From Gemmatimonadaceae bacterium (GTDB lineage: Bacteria; Gemmatimonadota; Gemmatimonadetes; Gemmatimonadales; Gemmatimonadaceae), in assembly GCA_031412375.1 (NCBI GenBank), contig JANOCW010000101.1, forward strand, positions 4,388 to 68,387: 64,000 nt of DNA, read 5' to 3'. The stretch's first letter is position 1. Each line of letters begins with the position of its first letter. A model generated the notes under the pieces. It did not search any database. It saw only the letters and a list, made by a program, of their open reading frames with translations, and was not told the DNA's origin. Of this stretch, positions 37,408-45,972 are shown in pieces. A program made the position numbers and the translations under genes.

Positions 37408-38553
37408 TTACGTGAGTTCCCTGATCATCACGCCGCGCTTCCCCAGTTCCGCGATGTACTGCTCCGCCGGCATGCACTCATCCGGCGTGAACACGCCGGT
37501 TTTCCCGATCTGCCCGCGAGCCTGCATGAGACCCGTGATCGAGAGCGAGTAGCCGGTCGTCCGCATCATCGCGCTGATGCCGTGCTCCGCATCGTAATAG
37601 TCGAGGAGCTCCCATGCGCGGTGAGCGGGGCGGCCGTTCTTCATGCCGTCGACCGTCACGCGCAGTGCGACGAGATCGCGTCCCCGCGTCTTCGTCAGCC
37701 GCGGCCCGGCGGCCGCAGCAAAGAGATCGCGCGGCACCACCTTCACCCCCTTCACATCGACCGGCTCCAGCTCGAGCAGTCCGAGCTCGCGGATCGCCTC
37801 CATGATGTGCGCGTGACCCGGATAGCGAAGCGTCTTGTACTCCATCGAGGGAATCTTTCCTTCGTACCGGAACGCCATCGTGGACAGTCCACCGGCGGTG
37901 TGAAATGCTTCAAGCTCGCCCACCGGCTTCGGGAACTGTGCCGATTCCCGCTCCGACAGCGCCTTGACCTGCACGCGCTTTCCATCGCGCAGGACCCACG
38001 AAAGCGTCGTGTAGTAGTCCAGCACGCCCTCGAGCGAGTACACGATCTGGTAGTTGAGCGGCGGTTCCGGATTCTGCGGCAGGCCGCCGACATAAATGCG
38101 CAGCTTGTCGACGGTATCCATCGATGTGATGCCCAGCTCGGCGAGGATGTTCACCATGCCCGGAGCGAGCCCGCAGTCGGGGATGATCGTCACGCCGTGC
38201 TCGCGCGCTTGCCGGTCCAGCTCGCGCTGCTGGAACACGATCTCCGTGTTCCCGCCCAGATCAGAGTAATGAACGCCCGCTTCGGCGGCGTGCTTCGCGA
38301 CCTCGAAGTTGAAGTAGTACGGGAGGGCGCACATCACCGCGTCGCTTTCGCGCACCAAGGCGCGAAGCGCCTCGCGATCCCGGACATCGAGCGGTGTCGG
38401 GATCAGCCGCTTTCCTGAATACGGCGCGATGAAGTCGGGAAGATGATCCGGATGCAGGTCCGCAAGACGCACCTCGGTCACGTCGGGCTGCTGCAGCAGA
38501 TCATACGCACACGCCGAGCCCTGAAGCCCGGCGCCAAGTACCAACATTCGCAT
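37408..38553 (-). CDS. Saccharopine dehydrogenase family oxidoreductase
   Basis: Has the Rossmann motif MLVLGAGLQGSACAYDL and Sacchrp_dh N- and C-domain-like sequence. 381 aa. Confidence 0.8.
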   Translation of the reverse strand: MRMLVLGAGLQGSACAYDLLQQPDVTEVRLADLHPDHLPDFIAPYSGKRLIPTPLDVRDREALRALVRESDAVMCALPYYFNFEVAKHAAEAGVHYSDLGGNTEIVFQQRELDRQAREHGVTIIPDCGLAPGMVNILAELGITSMDTVDKLRIYVGGLPQNPEPPLNYQIVYSLEGVLDYYTTLSWVLRDGKRVQVKALSERESAQFPKPVGELEAFHTAGGLSTMAFRYEGKIPSMEYKTLRYPGHAHIMEAIRELGLLELEPVDVKGVKVVPRDLFAAAAGPRLTKTRGRDLVALRVTVDGMKNGRPAHRAWELLDYYDAEHGISAMMRTTGYSLSITGLMQARGQIGKTGVFTPDECMPAEQYIAELGKRGVMIRELT

Positions 38554-38657
38554 TCAGTGTCTCCCAGGGAGGTGCTACAGCGGACCGGGGAAAAGTTAGT
38601 CGCCGCGATCACAATTTGTCAGCGCCATGGCTCGTCCATTGCGTCGGCGAACCATGC

Positions 38658-39122
38658 ATGTCACTTACCCCGTCCACGTCGCCTGACTGGCGCGCGCACC
38701 TCATCGAGAGCTCGGCCGCTATCCGTTCGCTGCTCGAGCACGTCACTCGCATCGCGGTGCTCGGCATCAAGACCGAGGCATCCGCGGCGCCGGCATACTA
38801 CGTCCCCGAGTATGCCCAGCATGCCGGCTACGAGATCATCCCCGTTCCGGTCTACTACCCGGAGGCGACGGAGATCCTCGGCGAGACAGTCTACCGCACC
38901 GTGTCCGAGATCCCCGGCGACGTGGATCTCGTCAACGTCTTCCGACGGCCGAAGGACATTCCTGCACACGTCGACGACATCCTCGCAAAGAAGCCGCGCG
39001 CGGTGTGGTTCCAATCGGGCATCCGCAATGAGGCCGCGGCCGAGCGGTTCGCGCGGGCCGGCATCGAAGTGGTGCAGGACCGATGTCTGATGGTGGAGTT
39101 GAGGGCCATCGGGCGTTGGTAG
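38658..39122 (+). CDS. CoA-binding domain protein (YccU/YneT family)
   Basis: Has RIAVLGIKTEASAAPAYYVPEYAQHAGYEIIPVPV ... DLVNVFRRPKD ... VWFQSGIRNEAAAE. ATG at 38658; the track start at 38616 is an alternative. Confidence 0.8.
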   Translation: MSLTPSTSPDWRAHLIESSAAIRSLLEHVTRIAVLGIKTEASAAPAYYVPEYAQHAGYEIIPVPVYYPEATEILGETVYRTVSEIPGDVDLVNVFRRPKDIPAHVDDILAKKPRAVWFQSGIRNEAAAERFARAGIEVVQDRCLMVELRAIGRW

Positions 39123-39131
39123 GTCAAGCGA

Positions 39132-39241
39132 GGGAGCGGACGGCGAAGTGGTCAGTCGTCAGCACTCAGCGCTCAGCTGCAGGACGTCACCGACGGCTGA
39201 GGGCTGACAGCTGATCACTGATCGCTTCGCAGTGCGCTCCC
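39132..39241. repeat. Heptad TCAG-family palindromic repeat, copy E
   Basis: GGGAGCGGACGGCGAAG (39132-39148); TCAG at 39152, 59, 66, 73; CTGA at 39197, 204, 211, 218; CTTCGCAGTGCGCTCCC (39225-39241). Lies between convergent stops at 39122 and 39273. Confidence 0.9.
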
Positions 39242-39272
39242 TATCTCAAAACACGATCGAGAGCGCACACCC

Positions 39273-40268
39273 CTAGCGGTCGATGACGACCTCTCCGTGC
39301 CGGATGTCCAGCGTCCACCGCACACCGAGCGCACCCTGCAACGCCTGGGTCGCGAGCGACGACATGGAGCCGCCCGGCCGCACGAGCATCAGGTCGTTTG
39401 CCCTGATCAGGATCGGAATACGCTCAGCGCCTGGCGAAGGCGTCGGTGCCTTCCCTGCCTTTCGCAGCACGATCGTTGCGCCGCCGCCGCTGCCTGCGCT
39501 CGCCGGGATCCACGTCGGAGCGAAATCCTCGAGCACATCCACGCCGATCCGCGCGGTCCGCGATCCGCTCATGGGCTCGAAGCGCGCAGGCACTCCCGAA
39601 CGCGCCAACCCGCCGAGTCCGAGGCTCAGCACGAGCCCCGCGTGGTCGCGCACTCCGACGTCGGAGTTGGACTTGAAGACGCGAACGCCCCGACGTGCTG
39701 CCCACGATGTGTCGAGCACGAGTCCCGTGACGGCAACGTCGATGGTGGCCGTCAGCGTATCGGATCCGATGGTGATGCGGATCTGGCCGAGGGGTGCCGA
39801 TGGACCCTGCGAAAGCGCGAGGATGGCAGAGTCTCCACCGGTGATCGCCGGTACGTTCTCCGACAGCCACTCGGCGCGCGCGCGCTCCGCGTAAACGAGC
39901 GGGGAGTTCGGCAGCGACGACAGCGCCCGGTAATCGCCGAGCCGAGCGTACACTGGAGCGAGCTGCTCGGCGATGGCGCGGCGGTCGCCGCCGAAGAAGC
40001 GGGCTTCCTCGAGGAGCACGGCCCCGACGCGGAGCGCTCCCCGCGCCGCGAGGTAGCGGCCGAGCGCCTGGCGGGGCGTTGCGTTCCGTGGTTCGGACCG
40101 GGCGGCGTAGTAGTACAGTGCCTCCGCCTCGAAGATCTGCCCCCGTCGAAGCAGGGCATCGGCGCGCCCGATGTAGTTCTGCGCACCAACCGGAGTGCCG
40201 ATCACGCCGACTCCAAGCAGGCACGCGGCGATCACGGACGCATGCCTGGCTCTTACGACTTTCTCCAC
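39273..40268 (-). CDS. Secreted hypothetical protein (TPR-like N-terminus; C-terminal half loosely retropepsin-like with DTS instead of DTG)
   Basis: GTG (cac at 40266-40268) is preceded by GAAGGGAGAG, and a signal peptide follows (VIAACLLGVGVIGTPVGA). The longer track ORF N-terminus is junk. The domain suggestion is weak. Confidence 0.55.
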   Translation of the reverse strand: MEKVVRARHASVIAACLLGVGVIGTPVGAQNYIGRADALLRRGQIFEAEALYYYAARSEPRNATPRQALGRYLAARGALRVGAVLLEEARFFGGDRRAIAEQLAPVYARLGDYRALSSLPNSPLVYAERARAEWLSENVPAITGGDSAILALSQGPSAPLGQIRITIGSDTLTATIDVAVTGLVLDTSWAARRGVRVFKSNSDVGVRDHAGLVLSLGLGGLARSGVPARFEPMSGSRTARIGVDVLEDFAPTWIPASAGSGGGATIVLRKAGKAPTPSPGAERIPILIRANDLMLVRPGGSMSSLATQALQGALGVRWTLDIRHGEVVIDR

Positions 40269-40300
40269 GGCCGGCTCTCCCTTCAGGGTTGCTGCGCTCG

Positions 40301-41554
40301 TCAGCGCGGGCCGCGTGTTCGATAGATCACGGGCTCGACTGTCGCTTCGTACTGTTTCGCATCGGGGCGCGGTGCGAGTGCGGCGATGAACTGCCCCGAT
40401 CGAGTTGCGGCCACGACCAGTCCGGGCCCGATGATCCGGCCGTTCAGCCGCACCCACCCGCCCCGGCTCTCCAACGTCCCGCCATCGATCGCGAGCGATC
40501 GCGACTCGCGGAGGTCGATCGCCACCGAGATGTCGATCACGGGCCCGTCGATCCACGAAAGCGGGTCCAGCGCGTCCTGCTCGAGCGGGCCTTCCACTGC
40601 GCCCGTCTCGGCATTCACGCCAAGCCACGATGTCGACGGAGAATCATCCTGCACCCGCTCCGGCTTGGCACCGATCGCCAGAGTCCCGCCGTTGTCTGCC
40701 CACCGCAACCGCCATCCCCCCGCGATCGGCAGCGTCGTCCCGCTCTGCGACATCGACGCATTGGCCGCCCGGGCGGAAACATCCAGCACCACCGGCTGCG
40801 CCAAGCCGTAGGCGGGCATCATCCCGCTGGTCATGAAGGCGTTCCGGCGAACACTGTCGAGCGGCAGCTTCACCGCCGCGGCCACCCGCCGCCACGTCGC
40901 ATCCGACACTGCCTCACCCTCGGAGACGGCGAGCACGTACGCCTTCCCGTAGGCCAGGCGCCGCCAGTCGGGGGAGGGCACGACGTCCCACACGCTGTCG
41001 CGGTGCACCATCACCGATCCGCGATCGCTGGCGAAGATGAAACCATTCGGAATCGCCTCGGCTTCGACACCGACAGGATCCTCGACGATGAGCAGCGACC
41101 GCCGGTCGCGCGCGACCATCCATTTCGTTCGCGCCGACATTCCGTGAGTGCCCGTGTTGACGGCAAACACCTCGACGTCGGCGGTGAGGCGGGCGGAGTC
41201 GCTGACCACGATCGGTCGGTGCCCTGCCTGGCTGAGCGCGTACGCAGTTCGCGCCGCGAGTCCCGGGCTCGCCGTGGGGGCAATCTGTACCCGCCACACC
41301 GCGCCGCGGTTGACCTCCCCTGGGCGGAGCGACGTCGTCCACCCTGCCTTGTCGAGCGAATCGATCATGCGTTCCGCCGATTGCTGGTCGGCGAACGATG
41401 CCATCTGAACCGCGATGACCGGGATCAGGCGCGCAGTCGGCGACGTCGCGGCGGGGCCCGGCGGCCTCTCGCTACCCCGCTGATCCTCGCACGCGCTCGC
41501 GATAGCTGCGATGCCGGCCGCGAGCGCAAGCCAACGACCGCCCGTGCACCGCAC
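40301..41554 (-). CDS. Lipoprotein with N-terminal SPOR (peptidoglycan-binding) domain
   Basis: Lipobox IASAC, then the SPOR-like segment VIAVQMASFADQQSAERMIDSLDKAGWTTSLRPGEVNRGAVWRVQI. GTG start. By my manual count the TAG/GTG junction is at 41553-41555, so the track coordinate is kept with +/-1 uncertainty. Confidence 0.65.
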   Translation of the reverse strand: MRCTGGRWLALAAGIAAIASACEDQRGSERPPGPAATSPTARLIPVIAVQMASFADQQSAERMIDSLDKAGWTTSLRPGEVNRGAVWRVQIAPTASPGLAARTAYALSQAGHRPIVVSDSARLTADVEVFAVNTGTHGMSARTKWMVARDRRSLLIVEDPVGVEAEAIPNGFIFASDRGSVMVHRDSVWDVVPSPDWRRLAYGKAYVLAVSEGEAVSDATWRRVAAAVKLPLDSVRRNAFMTSGMMPAYGLAQPVVLDVSARAANASMSQSGTTLPIAGGWRLRWADNGGTLAIGAKPERVQDDSPSTSWLGVNAETGAVEGPLEQDALDPLSWIDGPVIDISVAIDLRESRSLAIDGGTLESRGGWVRLNGRIIGPGLVVAATRSGQFIAALAPRPDAKQYEATVEPVIYRTRGPR

Positions 41555-42816
41555 TAGCGATAGACGCGATAAATGGCGCCGATGTTCGGAGTACCCTGCT
41601 GGCCATCGTCGGATACGAGCAGCGACCCGTCACGATGGACCACCATGTCGACCGGGCGTCCCCAGCGATTCGGTGCCTGGCCCGGAGTACTCTCGCCCTG
41701 CCAGCCCGACATGAACTCCTCGTAGCCGACCGGCTTGCCCTTCTCGATGCGAACGCGGACGACCACCACGCCGACAGGCACCGTGCGATTCCACGAACCG
41801 TGAAGTGCGACGAGCGCATCGCCGCGATACTCGGCGGGCAGGTTCGTGGCCCCGGCGAGAAAAGTCAGCCCGAGCGGCGCCGAGTGCGCCTGAAGGGTGA
41901 GCGCGGGGGCGAGCGTCCGCTGGCAGATCCCCGCGGCCACGGAATCGCGCACGACGCTGTCCGGATTCGCAATGCGATCGCCGTGACAGTATGGCCACCC
42001 GAAGTGGCCGCCGTCGCGCAGGATGTTGATCTCCTCGTGCGGCAGGTTCTGGTGGTCGGGCAGAAGGTTGTCGCGCTCGTGCTGCGAGACCCAGATCTCG
42101 GACGTCGTCGGATGGATCGCCATGCCGACGGCATTGCGAAGGCCCGACGAATAGACGCGGCCGTTCCGCCCATCGGCATCGTAGCGCATCACAGCTGCGA
42201 GCTCCGGGGACTGCTCGATGCAGATGTTGCAGCTCGACCCGATCGACACGTACATCGCGCCGTCGCGCCCGAAGACGATCGTCCGGGTGCTGTGGCCGCG
42301 GGTGAACGGGTACGTGTTGATCTGCTCGGCCGAGCCCGACGGCGTGCCCGCGGCGTCGAGGCGCATGCGGTGGACGCCGCGCAGCCCGGCGATGTAGAGA
42401 TAGCCATTGTGGAACGCGAGTCCGTGCGCGCCCTCGACGACGGCCACCACTTGACGCTGATCGGCCGTGCCATCGCCGTTCCGATCGACGAGACGCGTGA
42501 CCTGGCCCCCGTAGTACTGCGGCCCGGCCGGAGGCGGCGTGGCGGCGCCTCGCCCGCGTCCACCCGTCATTCCCGCGCGCGGCTGGCTCACGTATACCGC
42601 GCCGTCAGGCCCGATCGCCATGAAGCGTGCGTTCTGCACGCTGTCGGCGAAGACGGCGACCTTGAGCCCCTGCGGGACTTTCAGCTTGCCAGCGAGTGCC
42701 GCCACCATCGGCCTGCTCGAGGGCGGAATGCTTCCCTTGTCGGGCTGTGCCGCGGCGGTGAGCGCCGTGCAGGTTATCGCGACCAACACCGTCATTGTCC
42801 ATTTCGTGCCGATCAT
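41554..42816 (-). CDS. PQQ-dependent soluble sugar (glucose/sorbosone) dehydrogenase family, secreted
   Basis: Signal peptide and beta-propeller motifs (GLAFHNGYLYIA, GLRNAVGMAIHP, HFGWPYCHG). The ATG overlaps the upstream stop. Confidence 0.8.
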   Translation of the reverse strand: MIGTKWTMTVLVAITCTALTAAAQPDKGSIPPSSRPMVAALAGKLKVPQGLKVAVFADSVQNARFMAIGPDGAVYVSQPRAGMTGGRGRGAATPPPAGPQYYGGQVTRLVDRNGDGTADQRQVVAVVEGAHGLAFHNGYLYIAGLRGVHRMRLDAAGTPSGSAEQINTYPFTRGHSTRTIVFGRDGAMYVSIGSSCNICIEQSPELAAVMRYDADGRNGRVYSSGLRNAVGMAIHPTTSEIWVSQHERDNLLPDHQNLPHEEINILRDGGHFGWPYCHGDRIANPDSVVRDSVAAGICQRTLAPALTLQAHSAPLGLTFLAGATNLPAEYRGDALVALHGSWNRTVPVGVVVVRVRIEKGKPVGYEEFMSGWQGESTPGQAPNRWGRPVDMVVHRDGSLLVSDDGQQGTPNIGAIYRVYR

Positions 42817-43934
42817 GCTGGGCTCCGTTGCGATGCCGTGTGGTCTGCATATACGCCGACGAGCGCGCTTTCGGGGTGGGGCATGCGCGCCCGTCGACTC
42901 TCCAGTGCCTCCGCTTCCGCGCGCTCGATCTCTCCTTCAACTTCGCTCTCGACGTGCTCGAGCGCGGAGCGTGCTACCCCGCCGTCCACGAGATGCTCCT
43001 CGAACAGCGCGATCGGATCGCGCCGACCCCACCGCGTGAACATCTCCTCATCGAATGTGCGACGCGCTTCTGCTTCGTCGTGCGTCGCGTGACCGCCCAT
43101 GCGGAATGTGTCGGCGACGAGCAGCGCGGGCCCTTCACCACGTCGGCAGCGTTCGACGGCGAGCGCGGTGAGTGCGTGCGCGTCGAGAACATTGTTTCCG
43201 TCGAACACGCCGCCCCACATCCCGTACGCCTTGGGCCAGTCGGCGAAGTCCTCCTTCACGTGATGCTGGTCGAGCCGGGTTCCGAGCGCGACGTGGTTGT
43301 TCTGGATGATGAAGATCGCCGGGACGCGTCGCGTGGCGGCGAAGTTGAATCCCTCGTGCACGGTTCCGGTCTTGGTGCTCCCGTCGCCGATCCAGGTGAG
43401 CGCGACGCGGTCTTCCCCACGCATCTGGAAGGCCAGCGCGATGCCCGCGACCACGGGCACCATGTCGCCGACGTGGCTGATGGGCGCGAGCACCCCGTGG
43501 GTCATATCGCCGTAGTGACCGTCGCGGCCGCGGGTCGGCGCATCGAACGTCGCCATGTAGGAACGGAGGATGTCGGCGATCGGCATGCCCATCTCGTGAC
43601 ATGCCCCGGAGTTCCGGATCATCGGCGCAACGATGTCGCCACCCGCGCCGCGCCGAAGGGCATGGACCGGCCCGATGGTCGCCGCTTCCTCGCCGCTGCC
43701 GAGCCACGCCTTCGAGATGACCCCCTGCCGCACCATGCGCTTGAGCGCGATGTCGGACAGTCGGTTCCGCAGCAGGCCGCGGTACATCTCGAGCTTCTTC
43801 TCGTCGCTCAACGCCTCGATGATCTGCTGCCGCTCGGGATTCCTGACGCAGGTCGCTCCGAACTCGCGAACGATCTCATCATCGCGGGTCCATGACAGGT
43901 ACTCGGGCGGGTCGAATGCGGCGTAGCGCTTCAC
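42813..43934 (-). CDS. Thiamine-diphosphate-dependent 2-oxoacid dehydrogenase E1 component, alpha subunit (no beta subunit adjacent)
   Basis: TPP-binding motif GDGSTKTGTVHEGFNFAATRRVPAIFIIQNN and E1-alpha features throughout. GTG start at 43934. Confidence 0.8.
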   Translation of the reverse strand: MKRYAAFDPPEYLSWTRDDEIVREFGATCVRNPERQQIIEALSDEKKLEMYRGLLRNRLSDIALKRMVRQGVISKAWLGSGEEAATIGPVHALRRGAGGDIVAPMIRNSGACHEMGMPIADILRSYMATFDAPTRGRDGHYGDMTHGVLAPISHVGDMVPVVAGIALAFQMRGEDRVALTWIGDGSTKTGTVHEGFNFAATRRVPAIFIIQNNHVALGTRLDQHHVKEDFADWPKAYGMWGGVFDGNNVLDAHALTALAVERCRRGEGPALLVADTFRMGGHATHDEAEARRTFDEEMFTRWGRRDPIALFEEHLVDGGVARSALEHVESEVEGEIERAEAEALESRRARMPHPESALVGVYADHTASQRSPA

Positions 43935-44054
43935 GGGTGAAAGGTCGCGACCGGCGGGCGGGGGGACAAGGCAAAACGCGCTGAATGCTGGTCAGGCTGA
44001 ACTGGTCGCTTCAGCGCTGGGCTGAAAGCCGTGAGCGGCATCGTCGGCGCGGCT

Positions 44055-44110
44055 GGCTCGAAAAAGCGAGGTACCAGCTCAGCGAGCTGGCGAGCTCGGA
44101 GCTGAGAGCC
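44055..44110. repeat. Copy of the 55-bp inner repeat module (same orientation as 31913-31973)
   Basis: GGCTCGAAAAAGCGAGGTACCAGCTCAGCGAGCTGGCGAGCTCGGAGCTGAGAGCC aligns by eye with GTCGAGTGGAAAACGGCGAGGTGCCAGCGACAAGCTGAAGTGCTCGAAGCTCCGAGCC. Confidence 0.6.
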
Positions 44111-44215
44111 TCCTCGCGTTGAGAGCGACTCTGCTGGCTGGGATTGAGGGCGGAAAGGCGCGGAACTGCGATGGATCGGTGCCATGATTTCCGATCTGCT
44201 TCGTAATCTCCGCCC

Positions 44216-44606
44216 ATGGCCGACTTCAAGAAGCTGTTGGTGTGGAGCAAGGCGCACGCCCTGGCACTCCAGTCCCATCGCACGGCCGCGCGCATCCGCG
44301 GGGGGCAGAACGCCTCGCTGCGCAACCAGATCACCCCCGCGGCGCAATCGATCCCCCGCCAACATCGTCGAGGGCCGCGGCCAAACGAGCGAGCGCGAGT
44401 TTGCCCGCTTCCTCGGCTACGCTCTCAACTCGGCCTCCGAGCTCGAGTACCACCTGATTACGGCCCGCGATGTCCATGCCCTTCCCGAACCCGCGGTCGA
44501 CACCCTCACCGCGCAGCTGACGGAAGTCAGAAAGATGCTCCACGGCCTCCTCTCTCGGCTGACCCGAGAGCCACGCCCACCCAAGAGGCGCCCACCGTCC
44601 GTCTAA
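44216..44606 (+). pseudogene. Four-helix-bundle protein (TIGR02436 / 23S rRNA intervening-sequence protein / Avd-like family), disrupted by +1 frameshift in a C5 run
   Basis: The N-terminal 47 aa (MADFKKLLVWSKAHALALQ...AAQSIP) are in frame 2. The family-typical continuation ANIVEGRGQTSEREFARFLGYALNSASELEYHL... is in frame 3. The junction is atCCCCCgcc at 44351-60, where four Cs would restore the frame. Confidence 0.8.
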
Positions 44607-44620
44607 AGCTCCCAAGGTCC

Positions 44621-44832
44621 CGCTCTTCAGCTTGCCGCTGCCGCCTCGCCGTTTAACTCGACCCCAAGCCCCAAGCCGCTGGCAGCTCCCCGCTCTTCAG
44701 CTTGCCGCTGGCACCTCGCCGTTCAAACTCGACCCCAAGCCCGAGCCGGCTGACAGCTCCCCGCTCTTCAGCTTGCCGCTGGCACCTCGCCTCTTCCGCC
44801 TCGACCCCGCTCCCAAACCAGCCGGCAGCTTT
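44621..44832. repeat. Three tandem units of about 70 bp, each the reverse complement of repeat terminus plus inner module
   Basis: CGCTCTTCAGCTTGCCGCTGGCACCTCGCC... starts at 44621, 44691 and 44762. Each unit ends ...GGCTGACAGCTCCCC or a variant. The last unit runs into the stop codon of the kinase gene (44832). Confidence 0.9.
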
Positions 44833-45962
44833 CAGCTGCCCCGTAGCCTGTCGAGCAACCCCCCTGCCCTCCCCGCCGCCCCCTTGACCGCCGCCGCAAA
44901 CTCCGGCGCCGACGCGTACCGCTCGTCGGGCACCCGCTCGAGCGCCTTGATCAGCACCTCCTCCAGCGCCGCTGGCAGCTCCAGGTCGGGGCGCATCTCG
45001 CGGATGGGTGTGGGGTGGCTCTTCAATCGCGCGAGCAGCAGGTCCTGCTGCGTCTCGCCCGGGAAGGGAAGTTTGCCGGCGATCATCTCGTAGGTGAGCA
45101 GGCCGAGCGAGTACACATCGGTGCGCCGGTCGAGCGGCTTGCCGCGGAGCTGCTCCGGGCTCATGAACTCAGGGGTTCCGAGGACGACGCCGGTTGCCGT
45201 GAGCTTCTCGAGAAAGCGCGCGGCCTCACGATCCTTGGCGAGCCCGAAGTCCATCACCACGGCGTACTCGTCGCCATCCGCGGCCGCGCAAATCATCACG
45301 TTCTCGGGTTTCAGGTCGCGATGGATGATGTCGAGCTCGTGGGCGGCGTGGAGCCCGGTCGCGATGTCGGTGGCGAAGCGCACGGCGAGCGGGAGCGGGA
45401 TTCCGCCGAGCCGGTAGACGCGATCGCACAGCACCTCGCCCTCGATGAAGGGCATGACGACGTAGACGAGACCATCCGATGTCTCTCCGAGCCGGATGAT
45501 CGAGCACACGTTGGGATGAACGAGACGGATTCCCATGTCCGCTTCGCGGCGCAAGCGCTCCATCGCCTTCATGTCCTCGGAGAGCTCCGGCGGGAGGATC
45601 TTGATCGCGACGCGGGCGCCATCGTTCTCGTTGTCGGTGGCGAGATACACGATCGACATTCCGCCATCCGCGAGCTTGCTCACGATGAGGTAGCGCCCGT
45701 CGAGCACCGAGCCTGCGAGGTTCGCATAGTCGACCCAGCGGGCGCCGGCCGTCGCGGGGGTGGATGCCCCGGTGGGGCTGGTGCGCCCCGCGACGGGAAC
45801 CGCAGCGGGCGTGCCGGTGTCGGCACCGGGCTGGCCACCGGGCCCGAACGCCGGCAGTGCGTACGGTGCCGTGACCGCTTCCACCAGCCGTGATCCGTCA
45901 CGGGCGCAGAACCTCGCGTCGGCTTCGTAGAACGACCCGCACCGGGGACAGCCCATCCTCAT
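44832..45962 (-). CDS. Ser/Thr protein kinase with N-terminal zinc-ribbon
   Basis: MRMGCPRCGSFYEADARFCARDG (CxxC...C zinc ribbon), then a Hanks kinase domain (VAIK, HRDLKPENVMI, DFGLAKD, SPEQ). No TM segment. Confidence 0.88.
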   Translation of the reverse strand: MRMGCPRCGSFYEADARFCARDGSRLVEAVTAPYALPAFGPGGQPGADTGTPAAVPVAGRTSPTGASTPATAGARWVDYANLAGSVLDGRYLIVSKLADGGMSIVYLATDNENDGARVAIKILPPELSEDMKAMERLRREADMGIRLVHPNVCSIIRLGETSDGLVYVVMPFIEGEVLCDRVYRLGGIPLPLAVRFATDIATGLHAAHELDIIHRDLKPENVMICAAADGDEYAVVMDFGLAKDREAARFLEKLTATGVVLGTPEFMSPEQLRGKPLDRRTDVYSLGLLTYEMIAGKLPFPGETQQDLLLARLKSHPTPIREMRPDLELPAALEEVLIKALERVPDERYASAPEFAAAVKGAAGRAGGLLDRLRGS

Positions 45963-45972
45963 GGCATCACCC

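Noticed and set aside
44216-44832. Diversity-generating retroelement. The four-helix-bundle protein is in the Avd family and repeats lie next to it, so they could be a template repeat.
   Set aside because: No reverse transcriptase gene lies nearby; the neighbours are a Ser/Thr kinase and E1-alpha. There is no VR/TR pair with adenine-specific differences. The repeats belong to the genome-wide intergenic family instead.
44621-44832. CRISPR array (about 30-bp conserved core recurring every 70 bp).
   Set aside because: The 'spacers' are themselves homologous between units, so the whole 70-bp unit is repeated. There are only three units and no cas genes. The unit is a derivative of the intergenic repeat module.
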